Below are positions 63,101-64,000 of a stretch of 64,000 nt of DNA, one piece after another. The notes under the pieces are model-generated. The model searched no databases, had not been told where the DNA came from, and saw only the letters and a list, made by a program, of their open reading frames with translations. Made by a program: the position numbers and the translations under genes. The DNA is from Schizochytrium sp. TIO01. Lineage: Eukaryota; Protista; Bigyra: Labyrinthulomycetes. The stretch is taken from contig SMSO01000032.1 of the NCBI GenBank assembly GCA_004764695.1, positions 5,984,483 to 6,048,482 on the forward strand, written 5' to 3'. Position 1 is the stretch's first letter. Every line of letters starts with the position of its first letter.

Positions 63101-64000
63101 TGGTGCCGCGATCGTCTTGAGCTTAGCAAGCAATGGAGGGAGCAGATGGAGCGGAACTACTTAAAGTCACTTGACCATCGCTCTTTTTACTTCAAACAAA
63201 GTGAGAAACGCGCACACACCCAAAAGGTTCTTCTCGGGGAACTTCGTGAGGCACATAACGCTAAGGTCAAGTATGATGCGGACCCTACAAAGGCAGCTTC
63301 CTCGATCATGGCTTCGGCCCAGCGCCCTTCTGGCACTGTAGACATGGAGTTCCCCGATCCGGTTGTTCACCAGCATGCTTGGGGCATTATCTCCCTCAAA
63401 GTTGAGCGCATTTGTGAAAAGACGGTGGCCCAAAAGATTGCAGCTTTCTACAACTATGCTTTTAACCCGCTCTTCCTTCTCCCACTTACATGGCTCAGCG
63501 CTGGTACTCCAATTACGGAGACTCTTAATGTGAACAAGTACCTCAGTGTTACCCCTGCCCCACGTCGTCGCGAGGATGCTCTCCCGGAAGGCACTAAAGT
63601 CCAGACACCGTTTGGACCTGGCACTGTTGGAGATTATTCCGTGAAATCGGGATTCTACACCATTGCGCTTCGCTTTGGTGTGGGCTACTTGCGTCCTGGC
63701 GATGTCTTTAAGGCTGTTGATCCTAATGAAGAGGAAGACAAGTCACCGCTTGTTGCGAGCTTCACCAAGCCTGTTACCATGGACGATGCCGCTGCTCTGG
63801 ACAGTGCTACCAAGGGCAACACTCCTTCTGCTGAGCCTCGTGATGTCTTTACCACAACGCAGGCATACTGCCTCTTGCGTCTTTATCATATGTTGTACAG
63901 TCGGTTGCTCCGCATTAAGGAATTGTGTGAAACCCGCGAAACGCTGCGACGTGTTAAGCCCATGCAGACAGACGATGATGATGCCATGGCAGTCGACAAG
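60197..64000 (+). CDS. SIN3: SIN3 paired amphipathic helix co-repressor, 3'-partial (absent from the ORF track because no stop lies in the window)
   Basis: ACCACCATG at 60197; in-frame PAH1 VEDALAYLDKVKQQF...GFNTFLPPG; PAH2 PVEFDHAINYVTKIKKRF...EFTYFLP; HDAC-interaction region CTPSYRGLP...VLNDTWVSVP...KSLDHRSFYFKQ. Confidence 0.97.
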   Translation, partial: MKRSSSDVNTPGDDAGGSAAKRPALEPGTIVNVAGIPISGRDAGASAAVSLGGAGAKGSGADSSHGLAGASTSTVTGAGSRDATSNSGAAASHTGASSTISTTASQGSVASRISGLGGTSIAGGLGASAGSASDAAKGLKSASNVGTMGSAGSGISGLGGLGSNATGDSKSGADGKAGGASGRGVLGGAAGKADSGPGKNTGGGMGSGLAGGAGKARAGGAQGSADAKSKGNFSGGAGNNANSGTGAGQKRKQSKPVDNLKKEVNTTGGRNAGNKGDAGGVGKGGNKQQQHNSANTGRLMSSLGNIGIGQMPPNFPANVSPNLQKLMKGNSHGAGAMKMSSVPNPLRIGNPNMMGGAEAPGGMNMGQAPPSASAAAGQKQLGVEDALAYLDKVKQQFQDKPEVYNQFLEIMKNFKSQTIDTPGVIQHVCELFKGHDNLILGFNTFLPPGFKIEIPGRGAPGMAGGVMLPGGMQLGGAAAAGVPNLGSGPVMVSGPGATPVPATAAGAAAAAATGGGGSGTGNAAGNGRAKNARGGARAGGAGGRNAGNASGPTAAAAVAAPAAAPKVMPAHAIRPAATPAVDVKPPAGVPMVVDDNAGNAAAQGQPVEFDHAINYVTKIKKRFSEETDTYKSFLDILHSYQNEQRSIKEVLEQVSNLFKDHPDLLKEFTYFLPDAVRESAKSELVRRAAKAQKASQRAKEKNSRRKEKKGLPSTDSDQDEMRVPQLERNLLGRIKAALGTRELWGEFLKCLDLFAQELISRAELISLVSDILGERADLLEEFDRLLASRGATDDPVESAWFSMPLADIDFDNCRSCTPSYRGLPAAFPKAPCSERTALCRSVLNDTWVSVPFGSEDAGSKGFRRSPNEDALFRAEDDHYEVDLVIDSNLAAIRALEPLAQEIKSLGLQHGDSTKFRYRLEKRSLSVIHLKAIARIYGDHGTEILELLRRNPAGAIPVILRRLKEKHEEWCRDRLELSKQWREQMERNYLKSLDHRSFYFKQSEKRAHTQKVLLGELREAHNAKVKYDADPTKAASSIMASAQRPSGTVDMEFPDPVVHQHAWGIISLKVERICEKTVAQKIAAFYNYAFNPLFLLPLTWLSAGTPITETLNVNKYLSVTPAPRRREDALPEGTKVQTPFGPGTVGDYSVKSGFYTIALRFGVGYLRPGDVFKAVDPNEEEDKSPLVASFTKPVTMDDAAALDSATKGNTPSAEPRDVFTTTQAYCLLRLYHMLYSRLLRIKELCETRETLRRVKPMQTDDDDAMAVDK

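Noticed and set aside
60112-63433. Long minus-strand and alternative-frame ORFs (332 aa, 430 aa and others)
   Set aside because: Shadow ORFs of the GC-rich SIN3 coding sequence.

Overview
Eukaryotic genomic DNA from an intron-poor protist. A thraustochytrid/labyrinthulomycete-type stramenopile is an inference from gene content and style, not proven. The window has three zones. (1) 1-~10084 is an AT-rich, densely packed, intronless, virus-like block. It holds two Thr/Pro-rich membrane glycoproteins, a secreted subtilisin+PA protease, three mosaic tandem LRR-like paralogs, two Cys-rich paralogs and CCAAA-repeat leaders. It ends in a ~370 bp array of TTCACG(C) direct and inverted repeats that is fused directly to the 3' two-thirds of a 5S rRNA gene (10085-10160), whose first ~43 nt are missing. 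This looks like the right junction of a large element integrated inside a 5S rRNA gene, and the element end carries an inverted 15/17 copy of the 5S box A sequence. (2) ~10.2-30 kb is a gene-sparse accessory zone. It has a non-canonical Fic protein, two divergently oriented Spok/Crinkler-like coiled-coil + PD-(D/E)XK + kinase paralogs (one degenerate), a 10-exon LRR gene built from eight 84-bp phase-2 exons, a GPI mucin and an IS607 recombinase relic. (3) ~30.8-64 kb carries housekeeping-type genes: spermidine synthase, FAD oxidoreductase, five tRNA-Trp(CCA), a PTS2 alpha/beta hydrolase, a WW/coiled-coil protein, MCCC2, an M14-GGCT fusion, a MORN protein, a TOM1-like protein, a twin-Cx9C protein and SIN3 running off the right end. 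No hallmark viral or integrase gene lies inside the window, so the identity of the integrated element is inference.
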